DNA of 64,000 bases. Source: a bacterium (lineage in GTDB: Bacteria; Actinomycetota; UBA4738; HRBIN12). This document shows, one piece after another, positions 9,418-18,199 of the stretch. The DNA lies in assembly GCA_046735355.1 (NCBI GenBank), contig JBKPTC010000031.1:159-64158 (forward strand), given 5' to 3'. A program made the position numbers and the translations under genes. Below the pieces are notes generated by a model, which was given only the letters and a program-made list of their open reading frames with translations, was not told the origin of the DNA and ran no database searches. The number at the start of each line of letters is the position of its first letter. The first letter of the stretch is position 1.

Positions 9418-9718
9418 GCTTCGGATCACGCTTCGGCTGCCAACCATCTTGTACCTGGCCGGAGAGCTGGACATGGCCTCGGCCGACGAGCTCGTGAACG
9501 ACGTACTGGCTCGTGTGGACGGACAGCGCGACGTCGTGCTGGACCTGTCGGATCTGGAATTCGTCGACTCGACCGGCATGCGGGCCTTCTTGACGGTCGC
9601 CAAGTCAGTCGAGCCGCGCCCGGTCGTGCTTCGCGACCCACGACCTCATGTCGAGTATGTGCTCGATATCGTTCGGATCGAGACGTTCGGATTGCGGATA
9701 CAGCGGCCAGACGAGTGA
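9396..9718 (+). CDS. STAS-domain anti-sigma-factor antagonist, with an apparent frameshift near 9420 or an atypical start.
   Basis: C-terminal frame: ELRITLRLPTILYLAGELDMASADELVNDVLARVDGQRDVVLDLSDLEFVDSTGMRAFLTVAKSV, a canonical STAS fold. No ATG, GTG or TTG exists in this frame upstream of TTG 9449, although the conserved beta-1 strand is encoded upstream. ATG 9396 (MPTHKSLSF) is in the -1 frame. Confidence 0.5.
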
Positions 9719-9858
9719 TCGCCGTCGCTATGTGGCACTTCAGCCCCGATCGGCATATCGGGCACGACGAATGGGTGTCGCCCGTCGCGAAACGACTGGA
9801 CCATGGTGCCCCGGCAGGAAACGAACGAGCCGCTGCCGGTCCCGACACCTATGTCTGA

Positions 9859-11055
9859 TCATCTTTCTGAACTCACCGTTTCGACGAGCGGGCGAGCCAT
9901 CCCGCCGATGTTGTCGAACCCGTGGTTGCTTAGCACGACGACGACTGCGTGCGCGTCGGGGACGCACCCTGCCCACGCGACGTAGGCAGAGCCGGTGATG
10001 AACCCACCGGTATGCCCCACTGCCTCTGCGTACGGATCGGCCACGTTGTACAGCCCGAGCCCGTACCCCTCGTGGGTTGCCATCTCGGTCAGCGAAGCTT
10101 GGGAGACGATCTCGCCGGTGCAGAACGCCCGCCACCAGCGCGCCAGCGAAGGCGCGTCCGAGGCCAGGGCACCACCTGCTGCGCCGTCAGCGGATGCAGC
10201 AGCGAGGGATGGCAGGTAGCCTCCACCCTTCCTTAGCGCAGCCGCCGAGCGCCCGCTGGGCATCGCTATGGGCGGGGTCGGCTTCTCATCCGGTTGATAG
10301 ATGAGCCGGTCCGTCCCCTCGACGTCCAGGACGCCGTCGCGCAGGACGTCGCCCACCGGCCGCCCGCGGATGTGTTCGATGACCAGCCCGAGGAGCTGGT
10401 AGTTGGCGTTCGCGTACTCGAACGACTCACCGGCGGGAGCGCGCTCCGCGGGGACGAGCTTCAGCGCGTCGGCGGGGGTCCAGAACCGTCGCGGATGCGC
10501 AGACAGACGGGGGTCTTCGATCTCGAAGTTGGTCTCAGGGATGCCACTGCGCTGGCCGAGCAGCTGACGGATCGTCGCCCCATTCGTGTCGAAGTGGAGG
10601 TCGGCAGGGAGGTGCTCACTCGCCGGGTCGTCGAGGTCGAGTTCACCGGCCTCGACCATCTGCATCACTTGGGCCGCGATCACGGACTTCACGACGCTGT
10701 GGATCGCGAACTGATCGTCGACCCGTACGTCTCGGACGCCGTCGGCCTTGCCGGTCGCTCCGCTCCAGGTTCCGTCGGCGGACATCACCGTGGCCGCCAT
10801 CCCGGTTCCGCGGGCCATCTCGTTCAAGGCCGCCTGGAACTCCGACGCCGCCTTGGGAGAGACCGCGTCCTCGCTGATGTCGGCGAACGCCTCGGTCGGG
10901 AAGCTCTCGACCGCTTCACTCGGGAGGTCCGAGGCAACCGGGGTCGCCGACGGCTCCGCCGGGACTGTCGTGCCGGTGTCGTTCGAGGTCGACGTGCACG
11001 CGCCCAGCGTGACAACGAGGGCCAACCCCAAGACGCTCCCGAGAAGATTCTTCAT
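9859..11055 (-). CDS. Serine hydrolase of the beta-lactamase/transpeptidase superfamily; lipoprotein.
   Basis: RBS ggtggagg before ATG (complement of 11053-11055). Lipobox MKNLLGSVLGLALVVTLGAC. SxxK (HSVVKSV), YxN (YANANY) and HTG motifs are present. Confidence 0.8.
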   Translation of the reverse strand: MKNLLGSVLGLALVVTLGACTSTSNDTGTTVPAEPSATPVASDLPSEAVESFPTEAFADISEDAVSPKAASEFQAALNEMARGTGMAATVMSADGTWSGATGKADGVRDVRVDDQFAIHSVVKSVIAAQVMQMVEAGELDLDDPASEHLPADLHFDTNGATIRQLLGQRSGIPETNFEIEDPRLSAHPRRFWTPADALKLVPAERAPAGESFEYANANYQLLGLVIEHIRGRPVGDVLRDGVLDVEGTDRLIYQPDEKPTPPIAMPSGRSAAALRKGGGYLPSLAAASADGAAGGALASDAPSLARWWRAFCTGEIVSQASLTEMATHEGYGLGLYNVADPYAEAVGHTGGFITGSAYVAWAGCVPDAHAVVVVLSNHGFDNIGGMARPLVETVSSER

Positions 11056-11102
11056 CCCGGCCTCCACCGCGATCCGGTCACCGTTAGTGGTGCTTCGCCC
11101 GC

Positions 11103-11882
11103 CTAGGGAGATCTGGAAGGGTTCGACGCGTCGAGCGCCTCCTCCGGGCGCAGCTCGACCGTCTTGAGGAGCCCCCCGCGGCCCCAAAACCAGTGCGTGT
11201 CGTAGGTTTCGAGGAGACGCCGCTCGTCCGCGACGTGGAGGTAGATGAAGTAGCCGCGTGTCTCCGTCGCGACGGTCAGGACGATCCCGCGCGCACCGCC
11301 TCCCTCACCGCAGTACTCGAACCATGCTTCGTTGCCTTGGAAACCGTTGCCGCTGCCTCCGCCCCCACCCCGCGTACACATACCGGGCGGGAAATCGGGC
11401 AGGTTTGTCCAGTCCATTGGCGACTTGCCGCCGAGGGGCGCGGAGACCAGGGCGATGTAGAGATCATCCCGAAGCTGCGGGTCGAAGATGACGTCGACGT
11501 CGGACGCGTCGAAGGCGAGTTCGCCGTGACCCCAGGGCTCGGTCGCCGCCCGCGTCCGCCAGCCGGACGGGTAGCCGATGGAGAGACCGTTTAGCGGCGA
11601 GTCGAACCGCTCCGTGAACGAAGACGGCTGCGTGACGGGCGACGATGCCACCGGCGACGGAGACGCCGCGGGACCGATCACCGCTCCGCGTTCGGATGCG
11701 AGCAGCCGGACTAGCCCGACCGCCGCGAAGGCGAACACCGCGATGCCGAGGACGCCTGCCGCAACCCGCTGGTTCCGGCGCTTGTGATCGCGGCGGCGAA
11801 GTAGGGCGTCGTAGGGGTGGTCGGGCGCATCGATGCTCATCGCCGCCCGCTTGGCCCTGTCGAGGATCTCCTGGTCATTCAT
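11103..11882 (-). CDS. Putative anti-sigma factor: single-pass membrane protein with an extracytoplasmic domain.
   Basis: Start overlaps the sigma gene stop by 8 bp. Cytoplasmic N-terminus, TM segment VAAGVLGIAVFAFAAVGLV, then a Gly-rich extracellular domain. Confidence 0.5.
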   Translation of the reverse strand: MNDQEILDRAKRAAMSIDAPDHPYDALLRRRDHKRRNQRVAAGVLGIAVFAFAAVGLVRLLASERGAVIGPAASPSPVASSPVTQPSSFTERFDSPLNGLSIGYPSGWRTRAATEPWGHGELAFDASDVDVIFDPQLRDDLYIALVSAPLGGKSPMDWTNLPDFPPGMCTRGGGGGSGNGFQGNEAWFEYCGEGGGARGIVLTVATETRGYFIYLHVADERRLLETYDTHWFWGRGGLLKTVELRPEEALDASNPSRSP

Positions 11883-12399
11883 CGCCGGTCTCCCTTGCGA
11901 AATGCGCTCTCGCCTGAGCCACGAGGGATCGGACGGTAGACTCCTTCACACCGAGCACGGCTCCCGCGTCGTGATAGGCGAATCCCTGGATACCTGTGAG
12001 GACGATCGCTTCGCGTTGACGCATGGTCAGTCCTAGCAGGAGACGCACGGCGCTCTCGCGTTCAGCGAGCTGTTCGAACGGGTCGCTCCCGGCTCGACCT
12101 GGCGCGAGCACGCGCTTGGCGGCGAGCCGTGATCGACGGTAGAGGCTGCGGTAGGCGTTTAGGGCCGTGCGATACAGGTAGCCCTCGAGGTCCGCCACGC
12201 CGTCCAGCTGGTCCCATCGCTCGAGCATCTTGAGGAACGCTGCCTGAGCCACGTCCTCCGCCTCCTCCTTGCTCCCCGAGAGAAGGAGCAGCGACCTGAA
12301 GAGCTGGTCCCATTCGGCGGCGAAGAACGCCTCGAACGAGGTCTCCTCGGCGTCCTCTGCATCGTGGGTCAACGGGATCTGCCTTGGCTGGGTTTCCAT
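11875..12399 (-). CDS. ECF (sigma-70 family) RNA polymerase sigma factor.
   Basis: FEAFFAAEWDQLFRSLLLLSGSKEEAEDVAQAAFLKMLERWDQL matches region 2. TMRQREAIVLTGIQGFAYHDAGAVLGVKESTVRSLVAQAR matches region 4. RBS ggagtg before ATG 12399. Confidence 0.8.
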   Translation of the reverse strand: METQPRQIPLTHDAEDAEETSFEAFFAAEWDQLFRSLLLLSGSKEEAEDVAQAAFLKMLERWDQLDGVADLEGYLYRTALNAYRSLYRRSRLAAKRVLAPGRAGSDPFEQLAERESAVRLLLGLTMRQREAIVLTGIQGFAYHDAGAVLGVKESTVRSLVAQARAHFARETGDE

Positions 12400-12430
12400 C
12401 ACTCCATGGACGCTCGAGCGACACCTCATG

Positions 12431-12460
12431 TGTAGAGCGTCCGGTGGTTTCTTGGTCCTA
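12431..12460 (-). promoter_or_regulatory. Candidate ECF-type promoter (GGACCA-N15-CTCTAC) about 35 bp upstream of the sigma gene start.
   Basis: Minus-strand reading gives aGGACCAagaaaccaccggacgCTCTACacatg. The same CTCTAC hexamer with a GG-rich -35 sits upstream of the second ECF sigma gene at 42311-42340. Confidence 0.3.
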
Positions 12461-13021
12461 TTCGCGCGGATTTGCGTGAGCGTGCGTCAGTACCGGCTCG
12501 CGTTCGGGTGGACTCGGCGGGCCTATTCCTTGTCGTAAACGCCCTGGTGGCCGCTCTGACCACTCCTCCGCCTCGTTGTAAAGCTGTCCGATCAGAACGG
12601 CGATCTCGCTGACCACGGCCCTGCGCCACGGAGAGCGCTGCCGCCACGTCTCTGCCAACGTCACACTCGACGGCGGTGAGCCCGAAGGAACGAGCCGACA
12701 GCGCGGACCCTAGACCGTTCGCCGTCTCGCGGCGATGACCGACGTGGCTGTCGACCGAACCAACGGCCGACGGGCTCGGATCTGGACGGGTCTGACGCGG
12801 TCATGATCGCCGACGCCCCCTACGGCGGGTGTCAGGGAACCAACGTGGACCGATCTACGAGTCGCCGTCGTGGTCGCCGGACGGAAGCGAGGACGAGTAC
12901 TCGTTCGAGTTCGTGAACCAGTCCGACATGACGATCGACGAGGGCGGGCCGGTGATGTGCAACGCGAGAGCGGGCGAGGCGTGGCCCCGTCGAGCCGCCA
13001 CGCCTCGCGTCGAAGGACACC

Positions 13022-13318
13022 TCACCGCTGCCGTGACGCGTCGCGGAGCGCCTTCGAGTAACCGGACAGGTGCTGGCGAACCGGCGGAGCCAGACGGTTC
13101 ATCGCGGGGAACACCTTCGATCCGACGCCCGGGTTGGCTAGACCGCTCACGGACAGCACCCGCGCGTTCGAATGCGCCGGCGCGGTGGCCGTACTCGTCG
13201 CGCGGCCCGCGAAAACCCCGGCGGCGACCGACAGGACGAGCAGCATTACGACCGCGATCAGGTGCGAGCGCCGCACCACCGAACCTCCGACACCAATCGT
13301 CGCGCCCTGTGCGCTCAT
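13022..13318 (-). CDS. Small membrane-anchored or secreted protein (98 aa).
   Basis: Strong RBS ggaagggggg before the ATG. MSAQGATIGVGGSVVRRSHLIAVVMLLVLSVAAGVFAG signal-anchor. The overlapping plus ORF 12829-13359 is coding-like only in its first ~200 nt. Confidence 0.5.
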   Translation of the reverse strand: MSAQGATIGVGGSVVRRSHLIAVVMLLVLSVAAGVFAGRATSTATAPAHSNARVLSVSGLANPGVGSKVFPAMNRLAPPVRQHLSGYSKALRDASRQR

Positions 13319-13447
13319 GGCTCCCCCCTTCCGTCTCGAGCTACCTGCGCGCAGGTTGACGACCGCCCCTCAACCGACACGCAAGGACGGCTCAAGCCCG
13401 GGCTTGAGGCATGGCGTCGAGCGTGAGGCTGGTGCATCCTGTCGACA

Positions 13448-16400
13448 ATGCCCACCGCCGGAACCGCCGCTGACGTGGAGTTTCGCCTCCTCGGGCCGCT
13501 GGAGGCCGCGGCCGACGGCGGCGCCCCGATCGCGCTCGGCAGCGCCAAACCGCGGGCGTTCCTGACGATCCTGCTGCTGCGGGCCGGCGAGCTCGTCTCG
13601 CGCGACCGCCTGATCGAGGACATCTGGGGCGAGGACGCGCCGGCGACGGCGGGACACAGCCTCGAGGTGTACGCGTCGGGGATCCGCAAGGCGCTCGGGC
13701 CCGGCGGTGCGGCACTCGTCGCGCGTTCGGGCGCCTACGTCCTCGACGTCGAGCGCGACGCGATCGACGTCACGCGGTTCGAGCGCCTGGCCGCCGAGGG
13801 GCGGGTCGCGCTCGGCGAGGGCGACGCATCACGCGCGCTCGAGCGCCTGGCGGCAGCACTCGCGCTGTGGCGGGGGCCGGCGCTCGCCGACGTCGCGTAC
13901 GAGTCGTTTGCGCAGGCCGAGATCGCTCGGCTGGATGAGCTGCGGCTCTCCGCGATCGAGGACCGCATCGAGGCCGAGCTCCGGCTCCGACGCCACGCCG
14001 AGCTCGTCGGCGAGCTCCGCGCCCTGGCCGCGGCCAACCCGGTCCGCGAACGACTGACGGGGCAGCTGATGCTCGCGCTATATCGGACGGGCCGCCAGGC
14101 CGAAGCACTCGACGTGTACCGCTCGGCGCGCGATCGGCTCGCGGACGAGCTCGGGATCGACCCCTCGCCCGAGCTCCGTGCGCTCGAGACGGCGATCCTG
14201 CGGCAGGCGGACGAGCTCGACGTCCCGGACGCCGCCGGGGCCGGGGCCGCCGGCGCTCGCGAGGCGCCCGGCGAGGACGACGTTCCACACGCACGCGAGG
14301 TCCGCAAGGTGGTGTCGGCGTTGTCGATCCACCTCGATATGCGCGCGGCGGACGGTGGCGCCCTCGATCCCGAACGCCGGCGGAGCGTCTCGGCGAGCGT
14401 GAGCGAGATCGTTTCCAGGGCGGCCGAGCGCGCAGGCGGCCACACCACGACGAAAGCGGGCGCGTCCGTCCTCGTATTCGGCGTCCCGCGCGTACACGAG
14501 GACGATGCGCGCCGGGCGCTCGTCGCGGCGTTCGCGATCCGGGATGGCGTGCGCGGCGCCGCGGCTGACGCGGCGAGCGTCCTCGCGCTCGATGTCCGGA
14601 TCGGCGTCGACACGGGCGAGGTGATCGCCTCGCCGAACGACCAGGGGATGCTCGACAGCGACGTCGTCGTATCGGCGGGTGATCTGGCGCGCGCCGCGCC
14701 GCCCGACGAGATCGCGATCGGCGACCGGACGCGCCGGATGCTGGCCGACGACGTCGTCGTCGACGAGGCGGCCATGGAGGGTGGTTCCAGGCCCCCGTTT
14801 CTCGTCCGATCGGTTTCGCCGGTGCCGCGACGTCCGACGCCGGGCGGCGCGCGGTCGGACATCGTCGATCGGACCGAGGAGCTCGCGCTCGTCCTCGGCG
14901 TGCTCGAGCGCGCGCGGGCCAACGCGTTGAGCCACCTGTTTACGATCCTCGGGTCCCCTGGGATCGGGAAGAGCCGGCTGATCGACGAGGTCGTTGGGCG
15001 GGCGCGCGACTCGGCGAAGGTCCTGACCGGACATTGCCTGCCGTTCGGCGACGGCATCACGTTCTGGCCGGTCGCCGAGGCCGTTCGCGAGGCGGCCTCG
15101 ATCACCGACGCCGACGACGCCGGGCAGGCGATCGAGAAGATCCGGGCGCTTGTCGCGTCACAGCCGGACGCGCAGATGATCACCGACGCGATCGCGCGGT
15201 TGCTCGGTCTGTCGGCCGAGCCGTCCTCGGCCGGCGAGGCGCAACGCGCCGTCCGCCGGCTGCTCGAGACGCTAGCGCTCGACCGGCCGTTGGTATTCGT
15301 CATCGAGGACCTGCATTGGGCCGAGCCGACACTGCTCGATCTGCTGACGAACGTCGTCGACCGCGCGACGGATTCGGCGTTGCTCGTGCTGTCCACCGCG
15401 CGGCCGGAGTTCCTCGACGCGCATCCGGAGTGGGGCGCTCGCCGGGCGAACGCCGCGAGCGTGCTGCTGGAGCCGCTCTCCGCCGACGACAGTTCGGAGC
15501 TGCTCGGCCGGCTGCTCGAGGGATCCGACCTGCCGTCCGACGTGGCGCAGCAGGTCCTCGCCGCCGCCGACGGCAACCCGCTGTTCATCGAGCAGATCCT
15601 GTCGATGCTGATCGACACCGGCGTGCTCTCACGCACCGACGGCGGCTGGCGAGTGTCCGGCATCGTCGCGCCGATCCCGATCCCGCCGACCCTCCAGTCC
15701 CTGCTCGCGTCGCGGCTGGACCGGCTGACGCCGCATGAGCGCGAGGTGGTGCAGCTGGCCGCCGTGATCGGCAAGGAGTTCCGGGCCGACGACGTTCTGG
15801 CGCTCGCCGAGCGGGGCACCGGAGCCGATCTCGACGACGTCCTCGCCTCGCTCGTCGACAAGGAGTGGCTGCGCCGCGACCGGGTGGCTCGCGCCGACGG
15901 CGCGTACCGCTTCCGCCACGTGCTGATGCAGGTCGCCGCGTACGACGCCATGCCGAAGGCGGAGCGGAGCGAACTGCACGAGCGGCTCGGCTCCTGGCTC
16001 GAGCACACGGCGGGCGAGCGGATCGCCGAGCTCGAGGATCTCGTCGGCCACCACCTTGCGCAGGCGGCGCGCTATCGACTCGAACTCGGCCTCGACGACG
16101 ACGCGACGCGCTCGCTGTCCGATCGCGCGGCCAGACGCCTGCGCGCCGCGGGTGATCGAGCGTTCCTGCGCGGCGACATGCCGGGCGCCGTCGCGCTGCT
16201 GTCGGCGGCCGCCGACCTGTTCGCGCCCGACGACGCCGAGCGGATCACGCTGCTGCCCAGACTCGGGACGGCGCTCGTCGAGATCGCGCGGTTCGACGAC
16301 GCGCTCCGGACGCTCGACGAGGCGTGGGAGCGGTCAACGGCGGCGGGCGACATCGCAACGAGGGCCGACACGCTCTTCTACCGGACGGAGCTCCGCTCGT

Positions 16401-17326
16401 GGTTCGGCACCGTTGACCACGACGAGACCAGGGCGTACGCGCGGTCGATGCTTGCGGAGCTCGACCCGCGGATGGACGGAGCGATCGCCCGCTGCCACAG
16501 GATCCTGGCGATCTTCGCGAGCGACGTGCGGACCTACGGTCGGGAAGCGGAGCTCGCGATGTTCCATGCGCACCGCGCGGGAGACCGGCTTCACGAACTC
16601 GAGATTCTCCAGAACCTCGCCGACGTGGCGTCGGCGCTGAACCATCCGATCGGGACCGCGCTCGAGGCGTGCGACACGCTCCTCGACATCGCCGGACAGG
16701 ACGCCGTCGCCGGCAATGCCGTGCGCGTCATCGCCCTCGGCCCACTGCTAGCCTTCGCCGGGCGTTTCGACGAGGCCCGAGCTGCGATCCGAACGGCGCT
16801 CGACGCGTTCGAGGAGCTGGGGCTCGAGCTTTGGGCGGCGGACAGCGGCGCCGGCGGCGCGGCCGACGTCGAATGGCTCGCCGGGGACCTTCGGGCGGCC
16901 GCCGGTTTCGCGGAGGCCGGTGTGCGAGCACTCGATGCGATGGGCGCGCACGGCTCGACCCGCCGGCACCTGGCTCGAGCCGCCCGCGTGGCGTACGCGG
17001 ATGGACGCCTGCGCGACGCCGAGGAGCACGTGCGCCTCGGACGCGAACGGGAGGCCAGATCCGCGCTCGGCGTGGACGCGATGCTCCGGGCGCGGCGCGG
17101 CGATCCGAGCGGCGAGGCTCCGCTCCGTTTCTGGCTCGACGGGTACGGCCGGATGCCCGAGGGTGAACGCCTCGAGACGATGATGGAGCTCGCCGAGGTC
17201 CTCCACCTCACCGGGAGATATGGCGAGGCGCGTACCATCGTGCGCGACGTCGTCGAACGTGCAGAGAGGCGTGGGGACGTTGCGACCCCGCGCCTCATCG
17301 CGCGCTGGATCGAGCGCTGGCGCTAG
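13448..17326 (+). CDS. Large AfsR/SARP-family regulator: OmpR-type winged helix plus BTAD, a cyclase-homology-like domain, an NB-ARC/AAA P-loop ATPase, and TPR repeats.
   Basis: N-terminus RLLGPLEAAADGG...AFLTILLLRAGELVSRDRLIEDIWGE (DNA-binding) then the BTAD helices. RKVVSALSIHLDMRAA...VLVFGVP...RIGVDTGEVIA matches a class III cyclase fold (second metal Asp absent). ILGSPGIGKSRLIDEV is a Walker A. A long TPR-like helical C-terminus follows. Confidence 0.85.
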   Translation: MPTAGTAADVEFRLLGPLEAAADGGAPIALGSAKPRAFLTILLLRAGELVSRDRLIEDIWGEDAPATAGHSLEVYASGIRKALGPGGAALVARSGAYVLDVERDAIDVTRFERLAAEGRVALGEGDASRALERLAAALALWRGPALADVAYESFAQAEIARLDELRLSAIEDRIEAELRLRRHAELVGELRALAAANPVRERLTGQLMLALYRTGRQAEALDVYRSARDRLADELGIDPSPELRALETAILRQADELDVPDAAGAGAAGAREAPGEDDVPHAREVRKVVSALSIHLDMRAADGGALDPERRRSVSASVSEIVSRAAERAGGHTTTKAGASVLVFGVPRVHEDDARRALVAAFAIRDGVRGAAADAASVLALDVRIGVDTGEVIASPNDQGMLDSDVVVSAGDLARAAPPDEIAIGDRTRRMLADDVVVDEAAMEGGSRPPFLVRSVSPVPRRPTPGGARSDIVDRTEELALVLGVLERARANALSHLFTILGSPGIGKSRLIDEVVGRARDSAKVLTGHCLPFGDGITFWPVAEAVREAASITDADDAGQAIEKIRALVASQPDAQMITDAIARLLGLSAEPSSAGEAQRAVRRLLETLALDRPLVFVIEDLHWAEPTLLDLLTNVVDRATDSALLVLSTARPEFLDAHPEWGARRANAASVLLEPLSADDSSELLGRLLEGSDLPSDVAQQVLAAADGNPLFIEQILSMLIDTGVLSRTDGGWRVSGIVAPIPIPPTLQSLLASRLDRLTPHEREVVQLAAVIGKEFRADDVLALAERGTGADLDDVLASLVDKEWLRRDRVARADGAYRFRHVLMQVAAYDAMPKAERSELHERLGSWLEHTAGERIAELEDLVGHHLAQAARYRLELGLDDDATRSLSDRAARRLRAAGDRAFLRGDMPGAVALLSAAADLFAPDDAERITLLPRLGTALVEIARFDDALRTLDEAWERSTAAGDIATRADTLFYRTELRSWFGTVDHDETRAYARSMLAELDPRMDGAIARCHRILAIFASDVRTYGREAELAMFHAHRAGDRLHELEILQNLADVASALNHPIGTALEACDTLLDIAGQDAVAGNAVRVIALGPLLAFAGRFDEARAAIRTALDAFEELGLELWAADSGAGGAADVEWLAGDLRAAAGFAEAGVRALDAMGAHGSTRRHLARAARVAYADGRLRDAEEHVRLGREREARSALGVDAMLRARRGDPSGEAPLRFWLDGYGRMPEGERLETMMELAEVLHLTGRYGEARTIVRDVVERAERRGDVATPRLIARWIERWR

Positions 17327-17968
17327 TCCGCGTCGGGAACTCGGCCTCGTCCGCCATGATGCCACGGGGCAACCCGGCCGACCGCAACGGTGCGAACGAC
17401 GTCCTGCAATCCCACAGCCCGAGTCGAGCGAGCTACCGGTCTCCGGAGACACGTCCCGACGACGGCGCCCGCTCACGCCAACCAGCCGAACAAGCGTCCG
17501 ATCGAGCAGTCCTCAAGGCGATTGGCGGAGCACCGTCCGGAGCCGATCCTCGAGCGTGCGATCAGGACGGAGGCCGTCACGCCGGTACCGCTCGGCGTCT
17601 TCGACCAACGACGCGCGCTTGGAGCGGATCAGCTCGCGGGCTGTCAGAGCGGCGCGTGTCCGGGCGTAGAAGTCTCCACCGCCGGCGGCGTCGAGCCAGA
17701 CGGGGTGCTTTGCATCGCCTCGGTCGACGCGAACCGGAGACCGCACGGCGCGGCGAGCAGGCGGAGCGGGATTTCCATGGGTGATGCCGATCGCTCACAC
17801 GAACGGCTGCCGCTCTCGATCGAAGAGCAGCTCCATTCGACGCGATCGCCCAAGAACGTCACGCTGAAACGTGATCACCGCGACGTTCGTTCAAAGGAGC
17901 GCAATCAGCGACGGCCAGTCGGCCACTCGTCGTTGTCGAGCGGCACCGGGCGAGCGGTGTCCGGCGTC

Positions 17969-18013
17969 GTGCCCCCGGCAGGAATCGAACCTGCGACACG
18001 CGGTTTAGGAAAC
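17969..18013. repeat. 45-nt near-perfect direct copy of the 3' end (T-arm, acceptor, anticodon arm) of the tRNA-Arg gene at 38596-38667. Putative distal att site of a ~20.5-kb island.
   Basis: gtgcccccggcaggaatcgaacctgcgAcacgcggtttaggaaac matches 38595-38638 at 44/45 with a 1-nt insertion. Same orientation as the tRNA. Confidence 0.7.
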
Positions 18014-18199
18014 GGCATTGCGCCGTGCGCCGCTTGCGCCGCATCAGGCACTGCGCAACCCGAGGGGCGCTTCGAACATACGTTCGGTTTCGCTCTGACT
18101 TGCAAAAAATGCTCCACGCGCGGTGACGCGGTGCTTCCACGCGGTCGACCGACGCATCGACCGTCGCGCGGTGGAGAATGCACCGGCGTGGGCGAGACG

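Noticed and set aside
13735-16008. 757-aa minus-strand ORF, and others of the same kind (14078-15034, 17905-20055, 29176-32508, 29322-32459, 35310-36728, 47325-48299, 55428-56510, 57164-59260, 58309-60147)
   Set aside because: Extremely Arg/Ser/Pro/Ala-rich and low complexity. They lie antisense or out of frame relative to well-supported genes with clear family motifs.
17900-18130. Possible integrase remnant near the att-like repeat (HTFGFAL resembles the tyrosine-recombinase box II RHTFAT)
   Set aside because: It is in frame with the tRNA-fragment read-through. No R...HxxR...Y arrangement and no surrounding recombinase-like sequence; the similarity is a 4-residue coincidence.
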